A program made the translations under genes and the position numbers. From NCBI GenBank assembly GCA_963665665.1, contig OY762428.1:2560001-2624000 (forward strand): a stretch of DNA of 64,000 bases, written 5' to 3'. The stretch is from Candidatus Kapaibacterium sp. (GTDB lineage Bacteria > Bacteroidota > Ignavibacteria > Kapaibacteriales > UBA2268). The number at the start of each line of letters is the position of its first letter. The first letter of the stretch is position 1. Below, in pieces: positions 40,774 to 51,817 of this stretch. Under the pieces are notes generated by a model, which was given only the letters and a program-made list of their open reading frames with translations, did no database searches and was not told the origin of the DNA.

Positions 40774-41370
40774 TTAAAAAGCGATAAACCCTGCAAGATG
40801 TTCAGCTTCTGTTAGATGAACCAAAATGCTGTCGTCAACAAGTGTCTGTACAGCTTCCTTGGCTTCGGGTACACTTATTTTGTGCTTATATGCAAAATGC
40901 CATATATCGATAGCATCAATTGATATTTCAAGCGCGAGCATTTGTGCATTGGTAAGCTCTTTTTTATCCATGAATCGCTTCTGAACGGATTCAATATAGA
41001 ACTTTGCCTCTTTGTCCACAATATGAGCCGGATCGAAATAATAGTTTTCCGCTTCGAGCAGGTCGCAAATCGGATACCCACGGCCGGTATTCTTTACAAG
41101 TAACGGCAGAAATGAAACTCCCACAACATAAGGTTCTTCTTCCGGATTGCCCCAAAGGTCATTCCATACCGGAGAGTCCGATTCCTTCAGCCATTCGAAA
41201 AAAGCCCTTTCTTTGCCGGGCAGCCTTATAAAATTTGTAGCGGCAAGATTTCTCGCAAGGAAATCTGCCGTTTCCTCATCTATACTATTAAAAATATCAT
41301 CAGGAAAATCTATCAGGCCGTTATCTTCCGATTCCTTCACGCACCATACAAGCAGATCATTTTTATCCAT
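40774..41370 (-). CDS. hypothetical protein
   Basis: 198 aa ORF with globular composition; no family recognised. Confidence 0.7.
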   Translation of the reverse strand: MDKNDLLVWCVKESEDNGLIDFPDDIFNSIDEETADFLARNLAATNFIRLPGKERAFFEWLKESDSPVWNDLWGNPEEEPYVVGVSFLPLLVKNTGRGYPICDLLEAENYYFDPAHIVDKEAKFYIESVQKRFMDKKELTNAQMLALEISIDAIDIWHFAYKHKISVPEAKEAVQTLVDDSILVHLTEAEHLAGFIAF

Positions 41371-41524
41371 TTATTGCACCGATTCTATAAATTTCTAATT
41401 ATCAATAATATACAGACTACAAAAATAGGAATAATTTTTTTCAGTGAAAAATATTCATTGCATATTTCGGGAAAATGTGATAATTTTACATTGACTATTT
41501 ATTCAATCAATAAATAATAGCATT

Positions 41525-42124
41525 ATGGCAAGAAATGAAAAACTAAATGAAAAAATGAAGGAAGCCAGCAGGCAGAAAATTCTGAGTGCTGCCCTGAAGC
41601 TTTTTGCAGAAAGAGGCCCGGCAGCAACAAAAATCGGTGATGTAGCACTGGAGGCAGGCGTCTCACACGGGTTGCTTTACCACTATTTCAATTCCAAGGA
41701 CCAGATATTTACAGAGCTTATCAGCACTGCTTTTGATAAGCTGATTGAGGCATCTGAGAATTTGAAATCTATGTCCATATCAGCAGGTGAAAAAATTGAA
41801 ATGGCAATGAGAACCCTGATCAATAATATTGAAGAGGACAATGTTTCTGTTAATTATCATCTTCTGGTTGCAAAAGCTTCATCATCTGAAAGAGTTCCCG
41901 GAAAAGTTAAAAAAATATTGAAAGAAAAATCAGCCATACCTTACAAACTGATTGCGGATATTTTCAGGGACGGGCAGGAAAGCGGCGAATTCAATAAATT
42001 TCCGGCAGAAGAACTTGCACTGATGTTCTGGACAACAATTAAGGGGCTTGCTATGCAGAAGGCATTTGCCGGCAAGGCATACAGATCGCCCAATCCGGAT
42101 ATAATAATGAGAATGTTTACTTAA
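41525..42124 (+). CDS. TetR/AcrR family regulator
   Basis: 'ILSAALKLFAERG...TKIGDVALEAGVSHGLLYHYFNSKD'. Confidence 0.92.
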   Translation: MARNEKLNEKMKEASRQKILSAALKLFAERGPAATKIGDVALEAGVSHGLLYHYFNSKDQIFTELISTAFDKLIEASENLKSMSISAGEKIEMAMRTLINNIEEDNVSVNYHLLVAKASSSERVPGKVKKILKEKSAIPYKLIADIFRDGQESGEFNKFPAEELALMFWTTIKGLAMQKAFAGKAYRSPNPDIIMRMFT

Positions 42125-42133
42125 AGCGGAAAA

Positions 42134-43066
42134 ATGATGCAAAGTATTAGAAGCAGGATATTTTTAAAAATCCTGGAATGGAAAAAGAAAAGGACACCTG
42201 AAGAACAAAGAATAGATTATATTGATTTTAATACATCAATTTCAGGTCTGAGAGAAAAAGTTAATAAAGGAGCCGGATTCTTCGGAAGACTGCCAAAAGG
42301 GTTTATTCTTGATAATAAATCTGTTGATGATATAAATTGCGATTTCATATCTCCGCAGTCTGCACCACCGAATAAAATAATAATGTATTTTCACGGTGGC
42401 GGATTAGTTTGTGGCACGGCAAAGGCACACAGGGGAATAGTTGCAAAAATTGCCGGTAAAGCCAATTTAAAGGCAGTCGTTTTCGATTACGGGCTGGCTC
42501 CTGAAAAACCATTTCCGAATGGCCTGAACGACAGTTTGGCTGTTTATAAATATTTATTGAAAAACTATAGACCTGAGAATATTGCTTTCATGGGAGATTC
42601 CGGTGGTGGCAACCTATGCCTTGCTACCCTGGTGGCGCTTAAGATTAATGGCCTTGAACAACCATCCTGTGCCGTGGCGCTTTCTCCATGGACGGACCTG
42701 ACTAATAGCGGGGAATCAAGAAAATTCAACGCAGAAAATGATAAATTATGCTGGAAGAACAGCGAGAATGTATTCAGCCAATACTATTGTAATGGCGAAT
42801 CTCCTGAAAATCCGTTAATATCTCCGCTATTCGCGGATTTGACAGGATTGCCACCGATAAGATTATATGCCGGGGGACATGAAACTATGCTGAGCGATTC
42901 GGTTTCTTTTGCTGAAAAAGCAAAGAAATCAGGAGTTGATATAAAACTTACTGTCGGCGAGGGACTTTTTCATTGCTATCCTGCTTGTGCGCCCCTATTT
43001 CCCGAAGCAACAAAGGCACTGGAAGATATTGCAGAGTTTATTACGCAACAGGTGAAGCAAGAATAA
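42134..43066 (+). CDS. alpha/beta hydrolase (HSL-like esterase)
   Basis: HGGG oxyanion motif, GDSGG nucleophile elbow, 'DY.LAPE.PFP', 'SPW.DL'. Confidence 0.9.
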   Translation: MMQSIRSRIFLKILEWKKKRTPEEQRIDYIDFNTSISGLREKVNKGAGFFGRLPKGFILDNKSVDDINCDFISPQSAPPNKIIMYFHGGGLVCGTAKAHRGIVAKIAGKANLKAVVFDYGLAPEKPFPNGLNDSLAVYKYLLKNYRPENIAFMGDSGGGNLCLATLVALKINGLEQPSCAVALSPWTDLTNSGESRKFNAENDKLCWKNSENVFSQYYCNGESPENPLISPLFADLTGLPPIRLYAGGHETMLSDSVSFAEKAKKSGVDIKLTVGEGLFHCYPACAPLFPEATKALEDIAEFITQQVKQE

Positions 43067-43119
43067 TGCAATATTTCCATGAGCAAATAATCAACAATTA
43101 TTATTCCCAATCAAATTTA

Positions 43120-45354
43120 TCACCGCCCTACAACCACCGGCACAGTCCTTGTTGTACCGCCAAGGCGGATATTAATAAAATACACTCCTGAAGAGACCGA
43201 GGAACAATCCCAGATTATTTCGCCGTGATATACATTCATTTTGTTTACGCTTATCTCTCCGGGTTTGCTGATTGTTTTGCCCGTGTAGTCGTGCACGGTT
43301 ATTGTGGCGTTTTGCATATCGTACCTGGCATCCCAGTATATTTCCGTACTAACACGGTTGTTTGCAGGTTGTGGATATGGAGGATAGTTGTACATTTTTA
43401 TTACTTCTGCCCCTGGTTCTTCTACTGGTGTATCTTCGTGGAATGTGAATTTTAGAAAATGTCTGTCAAGGGTATAAGCATACATTGTATTGTCAAAAAA
43501 ACCGGTTATTTTCCAAACGAAGTATCCCGGTACCGGTTCTTTCTTCCAATAATAGGGATTGTTTTCAATATCCTCGCAATACAAAAGGCAATTGTCACCT
43601 CCGGCTACGATGTTGTTTTCCCATTTTATTAAAAATGCTTTATATCCTGATTCGTTGTCCAATCTTATTCTTTTATATGTATTTGTTTTTAGGTCAACTT
43701 TGAACAAAGGATGCCTGCTGTTTGTATCTTCACCCGGATACCAAACAATACCACTGAGGAAAATATTATCATCGATTATTGACATATAATTTATTATTGT
43801 ATCCATCATGCTCAGATTAACAAGTGTATCCCAGGCAACACCTGGCGCATCTGCCGTAAGTATCTGATATGTGTTAGTATCTACCCCATAGCCATCTTCA
43901 TGTCTTCCGTCAAATGAAAGCGCATAATATTTGCCATTATATTTTTGTATATTAAAAAGCTTAGCTGAATCTATACATTCAGTACTTTTGCAATTCATAT
44001 CTAAGTCCAATGTAAAAATAAGTGTATAATACAAAGATTTGAATCTGGAAGGATAAAACACTTTATATTCATCATTTATTCTGATAATTGGAGCATCAGA
44101 GCTAAAACCATATCCGTATATTTCATCAATACAAGTTGTATCCCATGTATCGCCGTAGTCATTTGTGTAAAATGTGGTTGGATAATTGACCTGTGAATGG
44201 CTGCCGAAAATAACACCCCTGCCATCTTCGCTGTAGAAATAAGAATATCCTAATGACCAATTCTTTAGATTATAGTTGCCTGTTTTTTGTGTTTGCCATG
44301 ATACTCCTCCATTCCTTGTTTTGTAAACTTCTTCTTTTCTTTCTGTCTGGTATCCTGTATTAACATTTACCCATTGCATACTTCCACTCGGGTTTAGGTA
44401 TGATATTAATTCCCAGTTATACCCGCCGTCAGTTGATCTTAAAATTAAATTTTGGGAACCGTAAGCAAAAATCAAATTCGAATTAATAAATTCAAAACCT
44501 ATTATCCTGAGCATTTCGCAATACCTGTCTAATTCCGGGTTGCTGATTTGCTCAACTATAGAATCGCTGCTACGGCAGAATTTTACAAGGTTATAATCAC
44601 TGCTGCCAAAACCTGTATATGAATGAATGGAATAAATATTATCATCATAAATATTGAATACTAATGAACCGCTATTTTTTTTGGTATAATTTTTTAGATC
44701 GTTTGTTTGATAAATTGAACTGCCAACCAAAATGTAAAGATCAGAGTTGTATTTTTTAAAACGATAAATTTTAGCAGCAGAATCCAGGTAGCCCTTTTCT
44801 ACAAAATCAAATATTTTCGGCTCGTTATCAATGCCATTAACAAATGAATAAAGCGAACCGTTTGTTGTCCCGACAATCAGATTATCGTTGAATAATTCCA
44901 TTTCAGTTGGTACAATATTTTCATCTAAATAAACGGAATTTATTTTTTCAAAATCATTATCAAGAATATCAATACTGTTCTCATTAAGAATCAAGAAATT
45001 ATTATCAAGTTTGATTACATCTTTAAATTTTGAAATCGCATCAAAAGATTTTGTATTCAATGGCCTACCTTCACTGTTCAACCTAAAAACAGATTGTTCG
45101 GATATACCGTAAAAACCGCTATCTTCATTCCTGATTTTGATAATATCGGTTTCCTCGTTAATGATTTTTATCAATTCCCAGTTTTCATTATTCAAATCAG
45201 TTCTTGCAATAGAATTATTAGCCCCGTAAAAAAATATGTAATTATCATTAAAAACCAAGCCGTCGTAATGCATATCCAGCCGTTGATAATCAAATTTCAA
45301 ACCGGCATTGGAAATATATACAATTATTAAGAATAGCGGTAATATCTTTTTCAT
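43120..45354 (-). CDS. beta-propeller/BNR-repeat secreted protein with T9SS CTD
   Basis: Signal peptide MKKILP...; 'STDGG.NW', 'TRNGG.SW'; CTD 'PPYPQP...SGVYFINI'. Confidence 0.8.
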   Translation of the reverse strand: MKKILPLFLIIVYISNAGLKFDYQRLDMHYDGLVFNDNYIFFYGANNSIARTDLNNENWELIKIINEETDIIKIRNEDSGFYGISEQSVFRLNSEGRPLNTKSFDAISKFKDVIKLDNNFLILNENSIDILDNDFEKINSVYLDENIVPTEMELFNDNLIVGTTNGSLYSFVNGIDNEPKIFDFVEKGYLDSAAKIYRFKKYNSDLYILVGSSIYQTNDLKNYTKKNSGSLVFNIYDDNIYSIHSYTGFGSSDYNLVKFCRSSDSIVEQISNPELDRYCEMLRIIGFEFINSNLIFAYGSQNLILRSTDGGYNWELISYLNPSGSMQWVNVNTGYQTERKEEVYKTRNGGVSWQTQKTGNYNLKNWSLGYSYFYSEDGRGVIFGSHSQVNYPTTFYTNDYGDTWDTTCIDEIYGYGFSSDAPIIRINDEYKVFYPSRFKSLYYTLIFTLDLDMNCKSTECIDSAKLFNIQKYNGKYYALSFDGRHEDGYGVDTNTYQILTADAPGVAWDTLVNLSMMDTIINYMSIIDDNIFLSGIVWYPGEDTNSRHPLFKVDLKTNTYKRIRLDNESGYKAFLIKWENNIVAGGDNCLLYCEDIENNPYYWKKEPVPGYFVWKITGFFDNTMYAYTLDRHFLKFTFHEDTPVEEPGAEVIKMYNYPPYPQPANNRVSTEIYWDARYDMQNATITVHDYTGKTISKPGEISVNKMNVYHGEIIWDCSSVSSGVYFINIRLGGTTRTVPVVVGR

Positions 45355-45831
45355 CTCCAATCCTTTATAATTATGGATAATTATTTTCCCCGAATGATTA
45401 ATATCTAAATCTGATTCTTTATTAATGTAGGAAATATTTTATACATAAGCAAGAAAAAATAAATAACCTTAATTTTTTTTCACAAGCGGAAATGCTTCTC
45501 CACTAACTGCCTGTCGGGATATTGGTACCCCGACACAAATCAGGGAAAGGATTTCCCAATTCTCTTTACTTTCGGATAAGATATCCGAAAGTGCCCGGGC
45601 TTCATATTTACTTTGCATTTGTTTTACCTTCCCAAGCAGGGGATTGGGAAGGAGATAAAATATCAACTCAACCAAATATATTACTTGTCAGGTCTTTGCA
45701 GTATAAATATCAGGCAGGGTATATGATGCTTTAAGTAAAATGATTTTATATTTTGGCTTCAGCAAAAAATCCAGAAAAATAAAAAAATGGCCGACAAATG
45801 CCGGCCCTTTTAGTAATAGTCGCTTATGGAT

Positions 45832-48645
45832 CTACGATTTCTCGGGATGAAGGACTATTTTCACGATATTGCCTTTCGTGAGATATTCTTTTGCGGCAGT
45901 AAGAATTTCTTCCGGTTTTACGGATTCTGCCAATTTCTTCCAATTCGGAATTTTATTTATATCTTCATTATTACTGATGTAATAGCCTAAGTTATTCAGC
46001 CAGTAGTTATTCCTGCGTTTGTTCAGTTTTATCTGTTCAAGCTGTGCTTTCTGTGCCTTTTCTACCCTGATATTATCAGTATTTTCTTTCAGGTCTTCTA
46101 GTATTTTATGAACGTCTGCTACAAGTTCGTCCACGCGGGTTGGCTCACAAACAAAATCTATATTAATCCTGAAATCTGATTCCGGATACTTTGACATATT
46201 TGCCCAACAACCAGGGGAGTAAACTCCGCCTTTCTTTTCCCTGATGTCTTCTGTGAGCCTTATATTAATAACATCAACAAGGGTATTCAGCAGGTAGCGG
46301 TTTCTCTGGGACCAGTCAAAATCTCCGGATAGCATCATGCGTACATGGCTCTTATCTTCTTCGCCTTTATAAATATCTTTTTCTATCTTGCCGTCTGGCT
46401 GTTTAACACCAATATTTTTCCATTTTTCATTCCTGTTTTTAGCAGGCAATGTGGCAAGATATTTTTTCGAGAATTCTTTGATCTTATCAAGTTCAACACT
46501 TCCTACAAAGATAAATGTAAAGTCGCTGGCATCCGAGAACCTGTCTGTATAAAAATCAAAAGCATCGTCAGGATCAACTTCATCAAGTTTCTCTATGGTA
46601 ATTGGCTGGTGGCGGGGATGATAGCAGTTTATGGTAACTTCAATAGTATCACCGAATGCATTTTCGGGAAGCATTGCTGAATTTTTAAGTATGCCTTTGT
46701 TTTTGTCCATATATGAATCAAATGCCTCGTAATCAAGCCTGGGGGACGTAAAGTAAAGGTGTACAAGCTGCATGAACACTTCAAGGTCCTTCTTGGTGGA
46801 AAAACCATTGAATCCTTCTGTTAATTCGTTGATATACGGAGACAGTGACACATTCTTTGCAGCGAGGGCCTTCTGTAGTGTTACCTGGTCGAAATCACCA
46901 ACACCGGAAAGGCCGACGATGGATGTTGCATTGCTGGCAGAAAGGTACATTTCGTCCCTGCAAACAGATGTTCCGCCCGGGCTTGTTGCACGGAAAAGTA
47001 TCTGATCATCTTCAAAATCAGTTTCTTTAACTAATACTTTTGCACCGTTGGACAAAGTATATGTTATCGTTCCGAGCTTGTCATTTTTTTCTTCCTTCGT
47101 TATTGTTCCGGGAGTAAGTTCTTTTGCAAAGAGTGGCTTGTTCGCTACTCTGTCAACCCATGGGTCCAGTTTTCTGTTTGATGCGGCATTGAATACTGCG
47201 AGCAATTCTTTTTCGGAAGGCACTTTAATTTCCTCGGCATCCGGAGTTGTAAGAGTTACGACAGCATTATCTTTTGTCAGGTAAGTTTTGGCAAGAGAAT
47301 TTACTTCTGCAAGTTTTAAATCAGGCAGAAGCTTGCTTATTAGCCCGTATTCATATTCAATTCCCGGGTGGTTATTACTACCAAGGAAGTATTGTGTCAG
47401 TTCATTTACTATTGAAGCAGATTCTTTTGTATTCCTGTCGTTATAGAAACGATCAACAATTGACATAAGCTGCTCTTTGGCTCGTGTAAATTCTGTTTCA
47501 ACGAATCCGTGCTGCTTAACCCTGTAAGCTTCTTTAAGTACGCTATCGATACCTGCCAGGCCTTTGCCGCCGTCAGCTACTACCGAGATTGTGTAAGCAT
47601 CTTTGTCTCCGCGAAGAGAGGAATAGCTACCGCTTGCATTAATAAATGGGGGATTCTTCCTCTGGCTGATCTCGCCAAGGCGTGATGAGAACATCAGGTC
47701 GTATAATCCTTCAATCAATCCCTGCCTGTAATCGGCAATAGTTTCTTCTTTTTTATGAGGCTTTTTGAAATATATCAGCCCGATATCTACAGGAATTTCT
47801 TTGTCTTTGTGTATTGATGTTAGTGTTTCTTTGTGATATGGTACTTCAATAACGGGCCTTTCCCTGGGATTGTCAATCATTTTTATCCTGCCAAAATGAT
47901 TTTTTATCATTCCTTCGATTTTGTTCACGTCAAAATCTCCAACAGCAATAATAGCCATCAGGTCCGGGCGGTACCAGTCGCGATAGAACCTGCGCAGAGC
48001 ATCGTGGGGGCAGTTCTGAATAATATTTGTATCGCCGATGATTACCCTTTCGGCATATTTGGAATCTTTGTAAATCTTAAATCCATGATTATAGCTAAGC
48101 CTGAAACGCCAGTCATTTCTCTGGCGCCACTCGGACATAATAACTCCGCGTTCGTCATCAATCTGCTGCCCGTCGTAATTAACATTGTGGGCCCAGTCCT
48201 CAAGTACCTGGAATGAATTTTTCAGAAGCTCTTCGTTGTCCATTGGTATGGGAAGTTCGTACATTGTTACATCGGTTCCCGTACTGGCATTAAGGTCAGC
48301 GCCGAACCTGATACCGGTTGATTCCAGAAAATCAACAAGTTTGTTTTTGGGGAAATTCTTTGTTCCATTGAAGGCCATGTGTTCGCAGAAGTGAGCCAGA
48401 CCCTTCTGGTCATCGTCTTCCATAACTGATCCTGTATGGATTACCAGGCGGAACTTGGCATGATTCTTCGGGGTTTCGTTTTTCTGAATGTAATAAGTCA
48501 TGCCATTGCTAAGCTTACCCATTTTCACGTTAGGGTCCAATGGCAGTTTGTCCTTAACACTTTTAAAGTTAACATCCGGCTGTGCCGAAAGGCTGAAAGA
48601 AAAGATCAGCATCAGTGAGCAAAAAGATAATAAAAATCTTCTCAT
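45832..48645 (-). CDS. M16 family zinc protease (PqqL-like)
   Basis: Inverted zincin motif 'AHFCEHMAFNG', 'LNASTG.D.T.Y', 'FY..WYRP', signal peptide. Confidence 0.92.
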   Translation of the reverse strand: MRRFLLSFCSLMLIFSFSLSAQPDVNFKSVKDKLPLDPNVKMGKLSNGMTYYIQKNETPKNHAKFRLVIHTGSVMEDDDQKGLAHFCEHMAFNGTKNFPKNKLVDFLESTGIRFGADLNASTGTDVTMYELPIPMDNEELLKNSFQVLEDWAHNVNYDGQQIDDERGVIMSEWRQRNDWRFRLSYNHGFKIYKDSKYAERVIIGDTNIIQNCPHDALRRFYRDWYRPDLMAIIAVGDFDVNKIEGMIKNHFGRIKMIDNPRERPVIEVPYHKETLTSIHKDKEIPVDIGLIYFKKPHKKEETIADYRQGLIEGLYDLMFSSRLGEISQRKNPPFINASGSYSSLRGDKDAYTISVVADGGKGLAGIDSVLKEAYRVKQHGFVETEFTRAKEQLMSIVDRFYNDRNTKESASIVNELTQYFLGSNNHPGIEYEYGLISKLLPDLKLAEVNSLAKTYLTKDNAVVTLTTPDAEEIKVPSEKELLAVFNAASNRKLDPWVDRVANKPLFAKELTPGTITKEEKNDKLGTITYTLSNGAKVLVKETDFEDDQILFRATSPGGTSVCRDEMYLSASNATSIVGLSGVGDFDQVTLQKALAAKNVSLSPYINELTEGFNGFSTKKDLEVFMQLVHLYFTSPRLDYEAFDSYMDKNKGILKNSAMLPENAFGDTIEVTINCYHPRHQPITIEKLDEVDPDDAFDFYTDRFSDASDFTFIFVGSVELDKIKEFSKKYLATLPAKNRNEKWKNIGVKQPDGKIEKDIYKGEEDKSHVRMMLSGDFDWSQRNRYLLNTLVDVINIRLTEDIREKKGGVYSPGCWANMSKYPESDFRINIDFVCEPTRVDELVADVHKILEDLKENTDNIRVEKAQKAQLEQIKLNKRRNNYWLNNLGYYISNNEDINKIPNWKKLAESVKPEEILTAAKEYLTKGNIVKIVLHPEKS

Positions 48646-48858
48646 GGCAATATCCTGAATAGTTTATCTAAAACAATTAATGATAAAAGAATTAAATTCT
48701 TTAAAAGTGGGACGGGTTAGTTTTATATACTGATTTTTGACAGTTTTGTTTCAGAGAAAATTAAATATTTTCGGGGGATCGGTAGATTTTATTATTTCTG
48801 TTTATGTTATCTGTCGGTGGGGGATTAAATTGGAATTCTTTAATAACTATCTTTCATA

Positions 48859-48891
48859 AGACGTCCAACACATTCAAGGTGTTGGACGTCT
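48859..48891. terminator. perfect inverted repeat downstream of the minus-strand gene
   Basis: agacgtccaacac-attcaag-gtgttggacgtct. Confidence 0.6.
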
Positions 48892-48941
48892 GTATCGGCT
48901 ATATCCAAAAATTTAATTTCATCTTATTATTTGTTGATTTC

Positions 48942-51323
48942 CTATTCCTTCACCACCTTGCAGCTTGAAACAATTTTTCCGCCGGTACTTATCTTCAGTA
49001 CATAAGCGCCGGAAGGGATTTCAGGAACTCTGAACGGTAAGCTGAATGTTCCGGAAGTCAGGTTAGTATAAATTGTTCTGGCGGTTTCTATGCCCTGGAT
49101 ATTATAAAGAACTGCCTGTATTTCAGTTTCGGAGTTATTTTCAAGGACGAATGTGAAACTGTCCCGGAAGGGATTTGGGTATGTGGAAATGTTTTGTGTT
49201 TGGGATAGCTCCTCAATTACAGGGCTTGGATGATCGAAATGGAATTTTGAAAAATACATTTCCCAATCTTCAGTATATTCACTTTGAAATGCATCTTCTG
49301 TTACTGGAAAATTTGGTGATAAAGTCATTCCACCGATAAAATATTCTGTATCATATTTTGCGCCATAAGGCCAAAGTTCCCAAGAACTACCTCCAAGATA
49401 AGTAGCATATTTTATCGTATCACAATTTCGTGATATATCCAGTACAAAAATATCCGGATTTTCATAAATAAAAGGTTCGGTTTTTCCATGTTGGTAAGCA
49501 TCTTCTGTTACTGGAAAATTTTTACCCCAAGTTAACCCGGACATAATGAACCCTCCTGTGTTAGACCATGATATCGATGAACCTCGATCATCACTATTCT
49601 CATCGCCCAATAAATGTACTTTTTTAATATTGTACCTATCATCCATTTCTGCTAAAATTATATCAGCATCCTGAAATCCAACATCTTCTCCTTGAGGAAT
49701 TCCAGGAAATTCACCAGAACGTGTGTAACCATATAATAAGAATGTGGTATCAGACTCTCTAAGAACATTAAATAAAGAATCAGTCTGATTACCACCAAGA
49801 TAACTAAGATAGTTAAGATCATTGAAATCATTACTAATATTGGCAATAATCATATCTGTTCTCATGTTAGTGTTTTCACCATAACCGCCATAAATTGAAT
49901 CTAAGGCATTATTTGTATAAGGTAGGTTATATGAATTCGTGTTACCAAAACAAGTGAAAGAATTATTATTACCTTCAAAGAAATCAACAAAATGAGTATT
50001 ACCCCATCCACCAATACCAATACATCTGTATAGTGAAGTTAGATTTGTATCAAATACAGATATAAAAGATATAAGAGAGTTTGGGCTCTGCTCATGTATA
50101 AAAGTGTTAGTAAAAGGAAACTCAGTACCAAAGCTTTTTACCTGACCTGAAAGTATAACATTATTATCAATAACTTTTATTTTAAAAGGTCGGATTTCTT
50201 TCAATTTACCAAAATGAGTAAAAGCGTATAAAGAATCAAGATTGTTATTAAAACAGGCAATAAAGGCTTTTGGATATTCATCATTCGAAGAATCATACTG
50301 CCCGTCATCGTCATAAGAATCTGTATTTATAAAGAAGTTGGGTAAAGCGCCAACACCTGCTATATATAATTTGTCTTTATGGTAGAATGCAGAATAGGTA
50401 TCGTGAAAAAGACCACCATTACCAAAAAATGTTATTACTTCAAAATCAGCATCTTTATCAAGTTTAAAAAAAATATTACAGTATGAACCTGTCTCATTTT
50501 TTTCAGTATAAGCCCCAGGAGTACCAACAATATCATTACTTTTAGATCTGCCTACAGCATAAATCGTCCCTTCTTTCCCTTCCTCAAGAGCTTGAATCAT
50601 ATCATTACTTCTTCCGCCAAAGTAGGTAGAATACACAAGCGGATCTATCACGAGGGGTAAGTCCGGGTCGTAATTGCCGGGGGAAAGCCCCACGCTGCCG
50701 TCGGTATTTAGTACAAAACGGCAGGGAACAGCGCTAAGGCGGCTGTCGCCTGGCTTACCGCTTTCCTGGTAGGCAAATATCTGCCCGTGTTTTATTTCGC
50801 CGAGGCTTGTGCCGAGTACAAGGCTGCCATCTACATCGATATCAATATAATCCTGGCCGGTGAATTCCATCCTGATATTCTCCGGATCTGCTCCCGGATG
50901 AAGAATAAAGTCATATCTCATACCCGTGGCATCGAAATAATACCTGATATCAGTACCAGGATAAATATCTTTTGCAGTTACGGCAGAGTATGAAGCAACA
51001 TGCTTTGCCCATTTTGTGGGGTCGTTCCCGGTGAAGTAGTTGCGAACAATTTTATTCCTGCCGGATGGAGCAAACTCAGGAACGGCTGAAGTGCCAGCAA
51101 GGCTGCACTTAATAACATGCCCCGCAAGGCTTGTATCCCGCCCGTTTACTTCCATTTTTGAATAATCATAAATCACGCTGCCGGGCATAATCCATGCCGT
51201 CATCCCGGCGCTTTCAGTCTTGTAGCGTACATCCGCATCCCACTGGCCACGGTTCTCGATGAATTCGGAGGCGAAGAGAGGGGATGAGATGAAGATAAAT
51301 AAAAGAATTAATTTTATAGCCAT
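48942..51323 (-). CDS. SBBP/beta-propeller secreted protein with T9SS CTD
   Basis: 'FIENRGQW', 'NYF.G.DP.KW', 'IYPG.D.RYY', 'YDFI..PGADP..I', 'LVIDPLVYSTYFGG', repeated 'YLGG'; CTD 'YPNPF...SGAYVL'. Confidence 0.85.
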   Translation of the reverse strand: MAIKLILLFIFISSPLFASEFIENRGQWDADVRYKTESAGMTAWIMPGSVIYDYSKMEVNGRDTSLAGHVIKCSLAGTSAVPEFAPSGRNKIVRNYFTGNDPTKWAKHVASYSAVTAKDIYPGTDIRYYFDATGMRYDFILHPGADPENIRMEFTGQDYIDIDVDGSLVLGTSLGEIKHGQIFAYQESGKPGDSRLSAVPCRFVLNTDGSVGLSPGNYDPDLPLVIDPLVYSTYFGGRSNDMIQALEEGKEGTIYAVGRSKSNDIVGTPGAYTEKNETGSYCNIFFKLDKDADFEVITFFGNGGLFHDTYSAFYHKDKLYIAGVGALPNFFINTDSYDDDGQYDSSNDEYPKAFIACFNNNLDSLYAFTHFGKLKEIRPFKIKVIDNNVILSGQVKSFGTEFPFTNTFIHEQSPNSLISFISVFDTNLTSLYRCIGIGGWGNTHFVDFFEGNNNSFTCFGNTNSYNLPYTNNALDSIYGGYGENTNMRTDMIIANISNDFNDLNYLSYLGGNQTDSLFNVLRESDTTFLLYGYTRSGEFPGIPQGEDVGFQDADIILAEMDDRYNIKKVHLLGDENSDDRGSSISWSNTGGFIMSGLTWGKNFPVTEDAYQHGKTEPFIYENPDIFVLDISRNCDTIKYATYLGGSSWELWPYGAKYDTEYFIGGMTLSPNFPVTEDAFQSEYTEDWEMYFSKFHFDHPSPVIEELSQTQNISTYPNPFRDSFTFVLENNSETEIQAVLYNIQGIETARTIYTNLTSGTFSLPFRVPEIPSGAYVLKISTGGKIVSSCKVVKE

Positions 51324-51396
51324 AACAAAACAAGTTATATGGTCATTTTTTGTCAATAATTCTTTAAAAAAAGAGTACCTTCTAAAAATTTGCATA

Positions 51397-51795
51397 TTAA
51401 TTTAACCATTCTACAATAGGAGGAACAGAAGATAAAATATCAATACAATCCACAGGTGAATAAATTGCATAATGAATAATTTTCCAATCTTTATAAATAT
51501 TTAATGTCATCTCATGAAAATAATTTATGTATGAGGAATTTTCAACTATGAAAAATATTCCAAGAGGTTTTTCCGGATTCCAGATTTTTATAAGATTTCC
51601 TTCATCTGTATTTCTATAACCTAGATGATCATTAAAAGTTATTCTCAATAATATAGATTCAGGCTTTTCTCCTTTAAGCAATATCCTAAATCCTTCATAG
51701 TCATCATGGATTGCTTCAATATACATCTTCTTTTCAATTCCATAGATTGGTTTCCACGGAATCAAAATATTATTTTTATTTTTTGGAATTATCAT
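51397..51795 (-). CDS. putative immunity protein for the upstream RHS toxin tip
   Basis: Small AT-rich ORF 22 bp downstream of the toxin ORF on the same strand. Confidence 0.6.
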   Translation of the reverse strand: MIIPKNKNNILIPWKPIYGIEKKMYIEAIHDDYEGFRILLKGEKPESILLRITFNDHLGYRNTDEGNLIKIWNPEKPLGIFFIVENSSYINYFHEMTLNIYKDWKIIHYAIYSPVDCIDILSSVPPIVEWLN

Positions 51796-51817
51796 ATATA
51801 TATTTTGAAAATTATTC

